This document shows positions 18,146 to 27,757 of a DNA stretch of 50,849 bases, one piece after another. The first letter of the stretch is position 1, and each line of letters opens with the position of its first letter. The stretch spans positions 1 through 50,849 of the IMG/VR virus record IMGVR_UViG_3300033156_000246; one strand, written 5' to 3'. Under the pieces are notes generated by a model. The model searched no databases and was not told the origin of the DNA. It saw only the letters and a list, made by a program, of their open reading frames with translations. Made by a program: the position numbers and the translations under genes. This DNA is from a virus (lineage: Duplodnaviria; Caudoviricetes).

Positions 18146-18271
18146 ACATCCTCTGAGAGCTAATATAACCCACTTCTCATCCACTTTATGAACGGCACAT
18201 ATGTTGTTATACCTTTGGATTTTAGAATGCGTCAGAAGCCGTCATATTGCATCTCAGAAGGTGTTTATATA
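18146..18271. repeat. Dispersed quasi-symmetric element, copy 4, abutting a TATA box
   Basis: CTCTGAGAGCTAATATAAC...TTCTCAT ... TCAGAAGCCGTCATATTGCATCTCAGAAG then TTTATATA. Confidence 0.85.
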
Positions 18272-18301
18272 TCACGAAAAGTAAACGTGAGGTGATGTCA
18301 T

Positions 18302-18775
18302 ATGTGTGAGAAAGCGAGAGAGATAAAGTTTAGAGCTTAGGACAAGAAAAATATGGAGATGGCATATGATATAGTAATCGGAGAAGACTTCTTTGCCACC
18401 GGTTGGTTTGTAGATGATTACGGAGATATTGTCGCAATTTCAGATGACAATTGGAGAAACAGATACGTGATTATGCAGTACACTGGTCTAAAAGATAAAA
18501 ACGGAAAAGAAATTTATGAACACGATATAATCCGCATAGAAAGATGGACACACGAATATATATGCCACAAGTGTGGTTATCGTAGATCCAGTGACGCTCT
18601 GGCAGTTGTAGTTTGGTTAGATGACAATGATATTTACCCAGCATGCTGGGCAATGAAAATTGTGAAAACATCTGCAAGACATACAATGAACAACGTCTAT
18701 CCTATAGACGTAAGCGATTTAAAGGACATCGAAGTAGTTGGTAACATATATGAAAACCCAGAGGTGGTGACATGA
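18302..18775 (+). pseudogene. YopX-family gene with in-frame TAG at the conserved Trp
   Basis: SD plus MCEKAREIKFRA*DKK; MQYTGLKDKNGKEIYEHDI; EVVGNIYENP. Confidence 0.75.
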
Positions 18776-18966
18776 GAATAGTCTTACCTTTAAAGGTTGC
18801 CTGTGATCTGTTGAGGTCTAGAGAACTGCTCGATGAGTTAGGCGACAATTACAATCTAAGAGGTGCATATCTACGTAAGATAGAGAACCTGCTATCGTTG
18901 TATGGTTTGTCAATGGAGTATTTTGACCAGATATGCGAGGCGATACGAAAAGGAAAGATAGTGTAG
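18772..18966 (+). CDS. Hypothetical protein
   Basis: Coupled start. Confidence 0.55.
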   Translation: MRIVLPLKVACDLLRSRELLDELGDNYNLRGAYLRKIENLLSLYGLSMEYFDQICEAIRKGKIV

Positions 18967-19253
18967 TGATAGAGCTGTATCCACGAGTGTGGCGTCTTGG
19001 TATTCTCAAAGATCCAATATTCAGCAAGGCAATAGCAGAGTTACTCAAAGATCCAGTGATTCTTCTCAATATGAGAGATGCTCTTGATAGGCTTGAAATA
19101 CTTGTTGCTAAGTGTGCGTTGAAGGAGTACGAGGAAATTTTAAAAGACGTGGAAGCTGTTTTAGACGAGGTGAGATGCAACTATGAGTGGTGCAAAAAGA
19201 AGTACGGGTGGTGGAGACACGCAGAGAGGGATACCGATTTGTGTAGAGCTTGA
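18933..19253 (+). CDS. Hypothetical protein
   Basis: ORF track; start uncertain. Confidence 0.55.
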   Translation: MRGDTKRKDSVVIELYPRVWRLGILKDPIFSKAIAELLKDPVILLNMRDALDRLEILVAKCALKEYEEILKDVEAVLDEVRCNYEWCKKKYGWWRHAERDTDLCRA

Positions 19254-19797
19254 CCGAGAACACGTTGAGTTTCTTGTGAGATTTGCAGAAGCACATGACT
19301 TGGACTTGAAGGAAACGCTTGAGACGATTATTGAGAGGTTCGTCGCACGGAGTCTCAACCTGCGGACGAGATACGTTTTAAGGGCTTTGGAATTAGCCCG
19401 TTTAAAGGCTGCCAAAATTGAATACGAAATAGTTCTCAAAGCATATAACAACATGATAAGCACGTACAAGATGCTGAGAGAAGATGTGGAAGCACTCATA
19501 CGTGCTCTTGAAGATGAAAAAGTGCTCGTGGAGTTCGATAAGCTCATGGACTGTATAGACATGGTTGGCTTCATGCCAGATAGAGTACGGGAAGCATGCA
19601 GCAAGACCATAGAGAAGATAGAGTGGCATCTGAGCAGATATTACGGTATAGTATTTGACCTTGAAGAGTTCATGCGTGAGATTTGGCTTAAGGACAGGTC
19701 TCCAGAGGAGTATATCATTATGAAGACAAGAAGAGATGACAGCACGTATGGTGAGAAGTATGAAGATATAGATAGTGAGATGTTGGAAATGCGTTGA
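19183..19797 (+). CDS. Hypothetical protein with RHH-like N-terminus and coiled coil
   Basis: ICVELDREHVEFLVRFAEAHDLDLKETLETIIERF. Confidence 0.6.
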   Translation: MSGAKRSTGGGDTQRGIPICVELDREHVEFLVRFAEAHDLDLKETLETIIERFVARSLNLRTRYVLRALELARLKAAKIEYEIVLKAYNNMISTYKMLREDVEALIRALEDEKVLVEFDKLMDCIDMVGFMPDRVREACSKTIEKIEWHLSRYYGIVFDLEEFMREIWLKDRSPEEYIIMKTRRDDSTYGEKYEDIDSEMLEMR

Positions 19798-19996
19798 GTG
19801 GTGGTGTGTTGCCGTATTTGACCATAGACCGACAGATGAGGAGATAAAAAGCAGATTTTGCATGCCAGATGAGGTAGAGAAAGTAGCCACCAAGTTAGAG
19901 CACATCCTTAACAGGGATTTAGACAAGACCATTGACGTGTTGGTTGGTTTGAATAACGACCCAATAGTTGAGAAGATAGAACCTGAACCGTGGTGA
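19775..19996 (+). CDS. Hypothetical protein
   Basis: ORF in operon. Confidence 0.5.
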   Translation: MRCWKCVEWWCVAVFDHRPTDEEIKSRFCMPDEVEKVATKLEHILNRDLDKTIDVLVGLNNDPIVEKIEPEPW

Positions 19997-20174
19997 TGTA
20001 GTATGATAGATGTTCGGAAGAAAGAATGTTGGATAGAAAAGGGTAAAGTGTGTGATGTAAACATGGCTTATTCAGAAATATCGTCAGCAGACTGTATTGC
20101 GTGTCAGTTGGCTAAGCTTCGTAAGACATTGGAATCTGTGATGAAAGATATGGTGGCTCTGGACTAAGACTCAT

Positions 20175-20300
20175 ACATCCCTTCAGAGCTAATCTAAGGC
20201 ACTTCTCATCAACTTTACGACTCAACCATATGTGATTATACCTTTGAAACACAGACTTCATCAGAACGGCTCAGATTGCATCTCAGAGGGTATTTATATA
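20175..20300. repeat. Dispersed quasi-symmetric element, copy 5, abutting a TATA box
   Basis: TTCAGAGCTAATCTAAGG...TTCTCAT ... TCAGAACGGCTCAGATTGCATCTCAGAGG then TTTATATA. Confidence 0.85.
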
Positions 20301-20339
20301 CTACCAAAAGTTTATATACTCTAAGGGGGTGTGGCAGCT

Positions 20340-21035
20340 ATGTATGTGGTAGATGCACGAGATTTTAAGTGGATAGTGAACGGCGTTTTTGAGCACACAC
20401 AGTGTGTCTATCTGAAACCCATTGACGGCAAACTGACAGCTTCTTTCCGTGACCCTGCTATGGCTGCTTTTATCGTCCTATCAATACCATGTGAGCAGCA
20501 ACCTGAAGAACCATTTGACTTGGTATTCGACATGAACAAAACCACAACCAAGTTCATCAAAAAGCTCAAAGACAAAGTGTCTATTGAGCTTGGACAAGGC
20601 TTCTATGTTATCAAAAGCGGTAACTTGACGTATCGTCCACAAATCGTGAACAAAGAGTTTGCAAAATACGAACAACTTGACTTAAATAAATTTAGCTTTA
20701 ACCTGCATGTTACCATCGACGCTAAAGACTTTAAAGATGCAGTGTCCCTTATAGACCAGATTGATATTGCATTGCACATAGATGGAGATACATTCAAAGT
20801 ATACGGTATGGAATATGGCAAAAAGCAAGATATAGAAGCAGAGATAGAGCTGGATGCAGATTATGGTGAATACGTGAGCTACTATGCGAGAGATTATCTG
20901 AAGTATATTGCAGACATGGCTAAAGACACGATAGCATTCCACTTTAACACTCAGCAGGACATCTATCCTTTAAAGGCGGACTTTACAGAAGATAGCTTCG
21001 TGGTATTAGCTCCAAGAATAGTAGAAGATGAGTGA
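20340..21035 (+). CDS. pcn: PCNA-like sliding clamp
   Basis: RDPAMAAFI, YARDYL, YPLKADF, C-terminal LAPRIVEDE; ~230 aa. Confidence 0.85.
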   Translation: MYVVDARDFKWIVNGVFEHTQCVYLKPIDGKLTASFRDPAMAAFIVLSIPCEQQPEEPFDLVFDMNKTTTKFIKKLKDKVSIELGQGFYVIKSGNLTYRPQIVNKEFAKYEQLDLNKFSFNLHVTIDAKDFKDAVSLIDQIDIALHIDGDTFKVYGMEYGKKQDIEAEIELDADYGEYVSYYARDYLKYIADMAKDTIAFHFNTQQDIYPLKADFTEDSFVVLAPRIVEDE

Positions 21036-21603
21036 TATGAGTTACTCAGTTAATGACATTTTCAAGGAGACAAAGTACGTGATATCCAATCGCATAAAGA
21101 CAATAAAAACCAACACACGAAAACTTGCAAGGAGAATAGCTGTGGACTTGGGTAGAGATTTGTTAGATGCTGAGTGTTTCACAATGACTGACTACTACTA
21201 TCTCAAAGCGATGACTAGCGTAAAAGACCTGACACTGGATGAACTTGAAGAGCACATAGACAGCATGTTTGAGAGAGTGCAAGATGCGTTTATCCACGTT
21301 GGCATTGAGAACGGACAGATATACAAGAAGACAAGCAGCTGGTCGGTTTTGTACTACCTGTGGCTGGTGTTGGACAAACATAAGCTGTATCTTGTGCGGG
21401 ATATTGTCAGTTTACTACCAGAGTATTTGGTCACAAGTCCACAGTCATTCACAAACAGACTGAGGTTCTTAAACACACACAACGCATTGGTCAGGGTAAA
21501 CATCAATAAGAGACTCGTGTATTGGGGTTTACCAACTGTAGTGGACGAACTGGAAGACAAGTATGAAAAGGTAGAAGGACAGTTGATATACATTTGCAGG
21601 TGA
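21028..21603 (+). CDS. Hypothetical protein, possible winged-helix DNA-binding
   Basis: Position in replication block; C-terminal wHTH-like pattern. Confidence 0.55.
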   Translation: MSDMSYSVNDIFKETKYVISNRIKTIKTNTRKLARRIAVDLGRDLLDAECFTMTDYYYLKAMTSVKDLTLDELEEHIDSMFERVQDAFIHVGIENGQIYKKTSSWSVLYYLWLVLDKHKLYLVRDIVSLLPEYLVTSPQSFTNRLRFLNTHNALVRVNINKRLVYWGLPTVVDELEDKYEKVEGQLIYICR

Positions 21604-21608
21604 CGGAT

Positions 21609-22109
21609 ATGGATCGTGAGCTGAAGTTTAGAGTATGGGACAAAACACAGAAAGCTATGATACATGCAGATGATTTTATACATGCGGCTTCAGAAAACAA
21701 ACTATGTAAAGAAGTCTGTCCAGCGATAGTAGATGGCATTTTAGATTGTGATGAGTGGTATCCTGTATGTTGGCATAAATTGACATACTTGATATATCTT
21801 TATTCTAAAAAGGACGACTACATTATCATGCAATACAGTGGTCTAAAGGATATGAATGAAGTGGACATATACGAAGGAGATATAGTGTTTTACCACTTTC
21901 CAGCATCTTTGGAAGAGATATATAAACACTACAAATTTGATAACTATATATTCAGTGGATACATGGTTGTAGAATACAGCAAAAACCATGCAGCATTTAT
22001 TGCTAAGACTAAAGATGGATTTTGGAGGCCACTTGCACATAACCACCAGTTTATGGAAGTAGTTGGAAACATTTTTGAAAATCCAGATCTGTATGAGGAG
22101 GTGATGTGA
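21609..22109 (+). CDS. YopX-family protein
   Basis: MDRELKFRVWDK, MQYSGLKD, IYEGDIV, EVVGNIFENPDL. Confidence 0.85.
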   Translation: MDRELKFRVWDKTQKAMIHADDFIHAASENKLCKEVCPAIVDGILDCDEWYPVCWHKLTYLIYLYSKKDDYIIMQYSGLKDMNEVDIYEGDIVFYHFPASLEEIYKHYKFDNYIFSGYMVVEYSKNHAAFIAKTKDGFWRPLAHNHQFMEVVGNIFENPDLYEEVM

Positions 22110-22111
22110 AT

Positions 22112-23089
22112 ATGGTGAGTAAGAGAGAGTTGGTTGAGTATTTAGTGGAAAACGGTCTCAGTGCCGTGGATGCGGAGAAGTTTGTTAACGAAGCCTTTGA
22201 GAAGTGGAGAGAAGCCAAGCCCAATCTTGAAGAGTACCAGATTTGGGACTTGGTTCAGACAAGCGTTAAGTTGTATGCCAGAAAGCTCCGACGTTATGGT
22301 GGAGTTAAGTTCGAAGTGCTTGTTCTCGGTGTAGATAGACCAAGAGACATCTACGAGAGGTTCAAGAGGGTTGCAATGAGAGCATACAATGAAGATCCAA
22401 GTCAGGCAATACTTGATGGCTATGTAAAAGTTGATGACGATGGTAAGGTCATTCCTATTGATTACAGAAAGGAGCTTAGTGATGGTAGACCGAATCCAAA
22501 CTACGGTAAGCCATTGCCAGAAAGAATAGTCAGAGACGCTATTGTCATCGCTAATCAGATTAGTGGTGATAAAGCAATACAGAACAGACTTGCAGTGCTA
22601 TCTGGAGATTTGCCAGAGTTTATTGTTGGCAGAAGATACGTGGTTACAGCAAAGCCAACTGAAAGAAATGGCACACTGTATCTGAACTATGCACCACTTG
22701 GCACTGAAGAAGCTGGAGTGGATGATCCTAAAGAGCTGTACAAGCAGCTTGTCAAAGACCTGACGGACATGGATGCACTTGTTGAGCTGAAGACTGTTGA
22801 ATCATGTGATGGTTACGAGACAATCGTCACAAAGGCACTTGTCATGGATGCAGTAGACACACAGAGGGGTACAATACTGACTGTCGAAGACATCGACAAC
22901 CCAACTGGTGGTATCACAGTCTACTGCGACACAATCGTTCCAGTCGAGCCAAGCAGTGAGGTGCTCATCACCGGCAGAGTTATCTTCAGAAACGATGAAC
23001 CAACCATTAGTGCATTTGGTGTTATCGTAAATCCAGAGACGATACAGGAGGTCAAAGAAGTTCTGATGGACTTGTCCAATATCGAGTGA
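22112..23089 (+). CDS. OB-fold ssDNA-binding (RPA-like) protein
   Basis: Beta-rich OB-like domains (LTVEDIDNPTGGITV, VLITGRV); context between PCNA and ATPase. Confidence 0.55.
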   Translation: MVSKRELVEYLVENGLSAVDAEKFVNEAFEKWREAKPNLEEYQIWDLVQTSVKLYARKLRRYGGVKFEVLVLGVDRPRDIYERFKRVAMRAYNEDPSQAILDGYVKVDDDGKVIPIDYRKELSDGRPNPNYGKPLPERIVRDAIVIANQISGDKAIQNRLAVLSGDLPEFIVGRRYVVTAKPTERNGTLYLNYAPLGTEEAGVDDPKELYKQLVKDLTDMDALVELKTVESCDGYETIVTKALVMDAVDTQRGTILTVEDIDNPTGGITVYCDTIVPVEPSSEVLITGRVIFRNDEPTISAFGVIVNPETIQEVKEVLMDLSNIE

Positions 23090-23222
23090 CATGACACACT
23101 GTCCTTATTTTAATTTTTACAAGAGAAAATGCAGAATAGATGGACATTACAGACCTTGGTGTGCTACCAAGTTTTACAAAGAATGTAGAAGGTATCGTTT
23201 GGAAGAAGTTAAGGTGAAATGA

Positions 23223-23438
23223 ATGAAATGGAGTGAGTTTGAAAGTATTTTATACAACAATGTTCTTCCAGAAGGAACTAAGAGAGCTGAAGTGTTCCAT
23301 GATGTAGCTATTATGTGGATGTTCTATATGCTTGTTGAGGAATTGAATAACAGAGATGTGCAAACAAAGATAGAGGAAGCTATTAAAGCATGCTGTGAGA
23401 TTCTATTGGAAGAAGAAGTTGAAGATTTTAAATGGTGA
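23223..23438 (+). CDS. Hypothetical protein
   Basis: AGGTGA SD. Confidence 0.55.
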   Translation: MKWSEFESILYNNVLPEGTKRAEVFHDVAIMWMFYMLVEELNNRDVQTKIEEAIKACCEILLEEEVEDFKW

Positions 23439-23443
23439 GATGG

Positions 23444-24241
23444 ATGAAGCTGGCTAAGAAGGGTAACGTAAAGGTAGAGCAGGTAGAAGCACCACCGAGA
23501 CCAGTTGGAGAGATATTCAGACCGGCAACAGAGGTTAAGCCGATAGAAGGTCTCAAGATACTCGTTTGGGGAGCTACCAACACAGGTAAAAGTCACTTCT
23601 CGTTGACAGCACCAAGACCGACCTTTGTTATAGACACAGAGTTTGGCATAGCACCGATTAAGCACAAGCACAATCAAGATGATTTGTGGATTCTTGAAGT
23701 GGCTCAGTTCGACCCTGTTGTTAAAGATGTGGACATATCCAGAAGCCTTGAGTTGCTTGAAGAAGCTTTAAGGAGCGTCATATCTTACATAGACGACAAT
23801 CCAGACGTTAAAGGGACGATTGTCATTGACAGCATAACTGACGTGTGGTCTTGGCTTGGTATCTGGCTGGATGAAGAAGCTGCAGAAAAGAGAGACTCAA
23901 GTGGTAAGCCATACCAATTCGAGTGGGGAAAGGCTAACAGACGCTACTACAAGATGATTCTCAAATTGCTGAGGTCTAAGTGGCATGTTATCGCTACAGC
24001 CAAAGAAGATGTAGTGAGAGATGAGAAAGGCAATCCTACGAATCAGCATATGCCAAAAGTCCAGAAAAACACCGAATACTGGTTTGACATCATTATGCGA
24101 TCAACACTCGTTGACAAGAACACGAGGAAGTTTACAATAACCAAGTTCAGATCACTTGATGTGTATACGACATTTACCAATCCAACATGGAATGATGTGG
24201 CTAAGTTCATTGAAGAACAGCTCAAGGCACCAATCAAGTGA
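23444..24241 (+). CDS. RecA-fold ATPase, Sak4/AAA_24-like ssDNA annealing protein
   Basis: KILVWGATNTGKS, IDTE, TIVIDSIT, HVIATAKE, EYWFDII. Confidence 0.8.
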   Translation: MKLAKKGNVKVEQVEAPPRPVGEIFRPATEVKPIEGLKILVWGATNTGKSHFSLTAPRPTFVIDTEFGIAPIKHKHNQDDLWILEVAQFDPVVKDVDISRSLELLEEALRSVISYIDDNPDVKGTIVIDSITDVWSWLGIWLDEEAAEKRDSSGKPYQFEWGKANRRYYKMILKLLRSKWHVIATAKEDVVRDEKGNPTNQHMPKVQKNTEYWFDIIMRSTLVDKNTRKFTITKFRSLDVYTTFTNPTWNDVAKFIEEQLKAPIK

Positions 24242-24262
24242 TTTCCATATTTTTTAGTGCAG

Positions 24263-24673
24263 ATGGTGATTAATATGATTGTAGACACTGCTGGATTACA
24301 GGAGGAGTTAGTAGAGTTGATAAAAGACAATAAACTTGTACCTGTTGTATCTGTGGACTTCTACATACATCCACAATACAACATAATCGGTATAAAAACT
24401 TCTGAAGACAAGATTTACACTATAAGTTATATGTTTCCACAAATTCCAGACGACTGTGAAGAAGACACAGAGTATTCAATACGTAAAAGTGTTGTATTGA
24501 GATCATTGCAAGCATTAATTGAGCCAGTATTTGATGAGATTGTTACTGTTGTAGTAGGTATTGAACCACAGAAAAAGAGAAATCTAATTAAAGAGATAGA
24601 ATCTACTGTAACCATACTACACAACTTACAAGACTATCTCTCCAACCTAAAAAGGAAAATCGTTGAGTTGTAA
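24263..24673 (+). CDS. Hypothetical protein
   Basis: ORF track; start uncertain. Confidence 0.55.
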   Translation: MVINMIVDTAGLQEELVELIKDNKLVPVVSVDFYIHPQYNIIGIKTSEDKIYTISYMFPQIPDDCEEDTEYSIRKSVVLRSLQALIEPVFDEIVTVVVGIEPQKKRNLIKEIESTVTILHNLQDYLSNLKRKIVEL

Positions 24674-24875
24674 CGAAAGAAATTTATTTTTTTAGAGGTG
24701 TTGCGTTGAGTTCTGATGGATTTGTGTGGGTTAGAAAATGTCCAATGAGTTGGAAGGATGAAAGATACGTATCTGTTCACAGAGTGTGCTTTGCATGCAA
24801 TTATTGGCTTGGTTGTAAGAATAATAAGCCAATATTGATAAGAAAAGAGGAATTATACTGATGGGGGGTTGTGAA

Positions 24876-26033
24876 ATGGATAGGTGTAAGCTGTATCTTG
24901 GAGATGCTTTGGAAGTTCTAAAAGAGTTGCCAGAAAATTCTGTTGATTCCGTTGTTACAGACCCGCCATACGGGCTCAGGTTCATGAATCAGAAGTGGGA
25001 TTACGACGTTCCAAGTGTTGAGCTGTGGAAAGAGGTTTTGAGAGTTTTGAAACCAGGTGGCCATTTACTTTCATTTTTCGGAACGAGGACATATCACAGA
25101 GGGGTAGTGAACATAGAGGATGCAGGGTTTGAGATTAGGGATATGATTCAATGGCTCTATGGAAAGGGCTTCCCGAAAGGCATGGACATAAGCAAAGCAA
25201 TAGACAAGGAGTTTGGGAAGTTAGAAGAGAAAAGAGTTATCGGAATTTCTCAAAAGCAACCAGCAGGGTTTATTAGGCATGGTAGAACGGATGAAGAGGT
25301 CTTTTTCGGAACAGATGAACATAGAACACCTGCATTGATAACCAAACCAGCAACACCAGAAGCAGAGCAATGGCAAGGATGGAACACCTCGCTTAAGCCT
25401 GCTAATGAGCCTATTGTTTTAGCGAGAAAACCGATTAGCGAAAAGAATATTGCTCAGAATGTGCTTAAGTGGGGAACTGGTGGGTTGAACATAGATGCCT
25501 GTCGTATTCCTGTAAACACTCCACGCCCCTTGATTATTCTCAAAGGTGGGGTCAGCAAGTATGGTATTTATGGTCACGGTGTTCATAACAGCAAACATGG
25601 TGGTTATACTATGCAAGATCGCTTTCCAGCCAATGTCATTCTCGACGGGGAAGTGGCTAAGATGCTGGATGAACAAGCACCTAACGCTTCCCGCTTCTTC
25701 TACTGTGCTAAAGCTGGTAGAGATGAGAGATTTGCATACTGTAGAACATGTGATGAAGTGATACCACAAAAAGACGCCAATAAGCACAAAGGACACGACA
25801 TGGTATTCCATCCAACTGTAAAACCACTCAAACTTGTGGAGTATCTCGTCAAGCTTGTGACTCCTCCAAATGGAACGGTTCTCGATCCTTTTTTGGGAAC
25901 AGGAACTACCGCCGTAGCAGCACTGAATTGTGGATACAGGGTGATTGGAATTGAGATTAATGAAGAGTATTTCCGTATAGCAAAGCACAGAGTGAGTAGC
26001 ATATCTACATCCATTACTGACTTTTTAAAGTAG
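24876..26033 (+). CDS. DNA amino-methyltransferase (beta class, DPPY; probably m6A)
   Basis: VTDPPYG, HPTVKP, VLDPFLGTGTT, IGIE. Confidence 0.92.
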   Translation: MDRCKLYLGDALEVLKELPENSVDSVVTDPPYGLRFMNQKWDYDVPSVELWKEVLRVLKPGGHLLSFFGTRTYHRGVVNIEDAGFEIRDMIQWLYGKGFPKGMDISKAIDKEFGKLEEKRVIGISQKQPAGFIRHGRTDEEVFFGTDEHRTPALITKPATPEAEQWQGWNTSLKPANEPIVLARKPISEKNIAQNVLKWGTGGLNIDACRIPVNTPRPLIILKGGVSKYGIYGHGVHNSKHGGYTMQDRFPANVILDGEVAKMLDEQAPNASRFFYCAKAGRDERFAYCRTCDEVIPQKDANKHKGHDMVFHPTVKPLKLVEYLVKLVTPPNGTVLDPFLGTGTTAVAALNCGYRVIGIEINEEYFRIAKHRVSSISTSITDFLK

Positions 26034-26043
26034 TGGTGACATA

Positions 26044-26358
26044 ATGAAAGTGGTGTACATTTGCTCACCATTTAAAGGTCGCAAAGAGAATATGGCAAAC
26101 GCAATAAGGTATTGTAGAAAAGTTGTCGATATGGGACATATTCCAATAGCACCCCACGTATACTTTCCTCAATTCATGGATGACAACAATCCATTAGATA
26201 GAAGAAAAGCATTAGAGATGAACAAGAGACTGATGGAGTTCTGTGACGAACTCTGGGTTTTTGGAGATGATATAACTGAAGGAATGGAAAAAGAAATCGA
26301 ATACTTCAAAAAGATTAAAGGCAACAATAAGGTCAAACAAGTTACATCAATCAAATAG
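26044..26358 (+). CDS. Nucleoside 2-deoxyribosyltransferase-like small protein
   Basis: VYICSPF, PIAPH, CDELWVFG, TEGMEKEI. Confidence 0.75.
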   Translation: MKVVYICSPFKGRKENMANAIRYCRKVVDMGHIPIAPHVYFPQFMDDNNPLDRRKALEMNKRLMEFCDELWVFGDDITEGMEKEIEYFKKIKGNNKVKQVTSIK

Positions 26359-26379
26359 CAATTACGGAGGTGGTTCTAA

Positions 26380-27570
26380 TTGGAATGTGTGGTCAAACCA
26401 GAAGAAATGGACGGTCTGCCAGTAAACAAAATCATAAATGGGGATGTTTTAGAAGCTTTGAAAAGGCTGCCATCAGATTCTATTGATTGTATTGTCACTT
26501 CACCACCATATTGGAGTCTCAGAGATTACGGAGTAGAAGGACAGATAGGTCTCGAACCGACACTTGATGAATACCTTGACAAACTTCTTCAAGTTACAAA
26601 AGAGCTTAAGCGGATTCTGAAACCAACTGGCGTTATGTTTTGGAATCATGGAGACAATTACAGTGGGTCACTCAGAGGATTCGATAAGAATGGAAAGAAC
26701 TATGTCAAATCCGAAATACAATTGGGAAATAAAGGTTCATTCGTTATGCCACCAGATTGGAACAAAATAAACATTCCAAGAAAATCACTTTGTCTTCAAG
26801 CCTCACGCTTAGCTATTCGTATGATTGATGAACAAGGCTGGATTCTCCGCAACGACATCATATGGCACAAACCAAATCACATGCCAGAGAGTGTTAAAGA
26901 TAGATTCACAAAAGCATATGAGCACGTTTTTATGTTTGTGAAGAAAGAAAAGTATTGGTTTGACTTGGATGCGGTGAGAGAGCCGCATTTAAACAAATAT
27001 AATACTTGTGCCTCGAGGCGAGAAGATTGTTCAACTAATCAATATGCAAAATCTGCTCACGGGCCAGAAGACTACCATCCACTTGGTAAAAACCCCGGTG
27101 ACGTCTGGGTTATCAACACTGAACCATTTCCCGAAGCTCACTTTGCAGTTTTCCCGACTAAGTTGGTTGAACGTTGTATTTTGGCTGGTTGTCCAGAGTG
27201 GATTTGCAAGAAGTGTGGGAAACCAAGAGAGAGGATTGTTGAGAAAATCGGTAGAGTACAACAACATTGGGCTCCGGGGACAAGCACTAAAGCAGAACTT
27301 GCTAAAGGACGACATGGATCAAGTAGTACTCTTGTAACCGGATATAAATTCATTTATCAAACTATCGGTTGGACAGACTGCGGTTGCAACGCTGGTTGGG
27401 AATCAGGCATAGTGCTTGACCCATTTTTAGGTTCAGGAACAACAGCACTCGTAGCACTGAAATTGGGAAGGAATTTTATTGGTATAGAGCTAAATGAAGA
27501 ATACTGCAAGATGGCTTACAACAGAATCAGAGACCATCTGAATCAACAAAGACTAACAGAATATCTGTAA
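26380..27570 (+). CDS. DNA amino-methyltransferase (beta class, SPPY; probably m4C)
   Basis: VTSPPYW, IWHKPN, HFAVFP, VLDPFLGSGTT. Confidence 0.92.
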   Translation: MECVVKPEEMDGLPVNKIINGDVLEALKRLPSDSIDCIVTSPPYWSLRDYGVEGQIGLEPTLDEYLDKLLQVTKELKRILKPTGVMFWNHGDNYSGSLRGFDKNGKNYVKSEIQLGNKGSFVMPPDWNKINIPRKSLCLQASRLAIRMIDEQGWILRNDIIWHKPNHMPESVKDRFTKAYEHVFMFVKKEKYWFDLDAVREPHLNKYNTCASRREDCSTNQYAKSAHGPEDYHPLGKNPGDVWVINTEPFPEAHFAVFPTKLVERCILAGCPEWICKKCGKPRERIVEKIGRVQQHWAPGTSTKAELAKGRHGSSSTLVTGYKFIYQTIGWTDCGCNAGWESGIVLDPFLGSGTTALVALKLGRNFIGIELNEEYCKMAYNRIRDHLNQQRLTEYL

Positions 27571-27757
27571 CACCAATCAAGTAGTAACTCTTATATTTTT
27601 TAATGTAAAAGCATTGTCATGAATTGTCAGGGATGTCTGTATGCAACACCAATCTATGACGTAAACGAAGATATACCACCCCATCTTTTATACGAAGATG
27701 TTGTGTGGTGTAGTTTTTTAGAAGAATTTATAGTCCAAACACAGGAGAAGTGTGTGT

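Noticed and set aside
18338-18340. Genome-wide TAG recoding
   Set aside because: TAG ends several well-defined genes (e.g. 26033, 26358, 31821), and other genes are not interrupted by it
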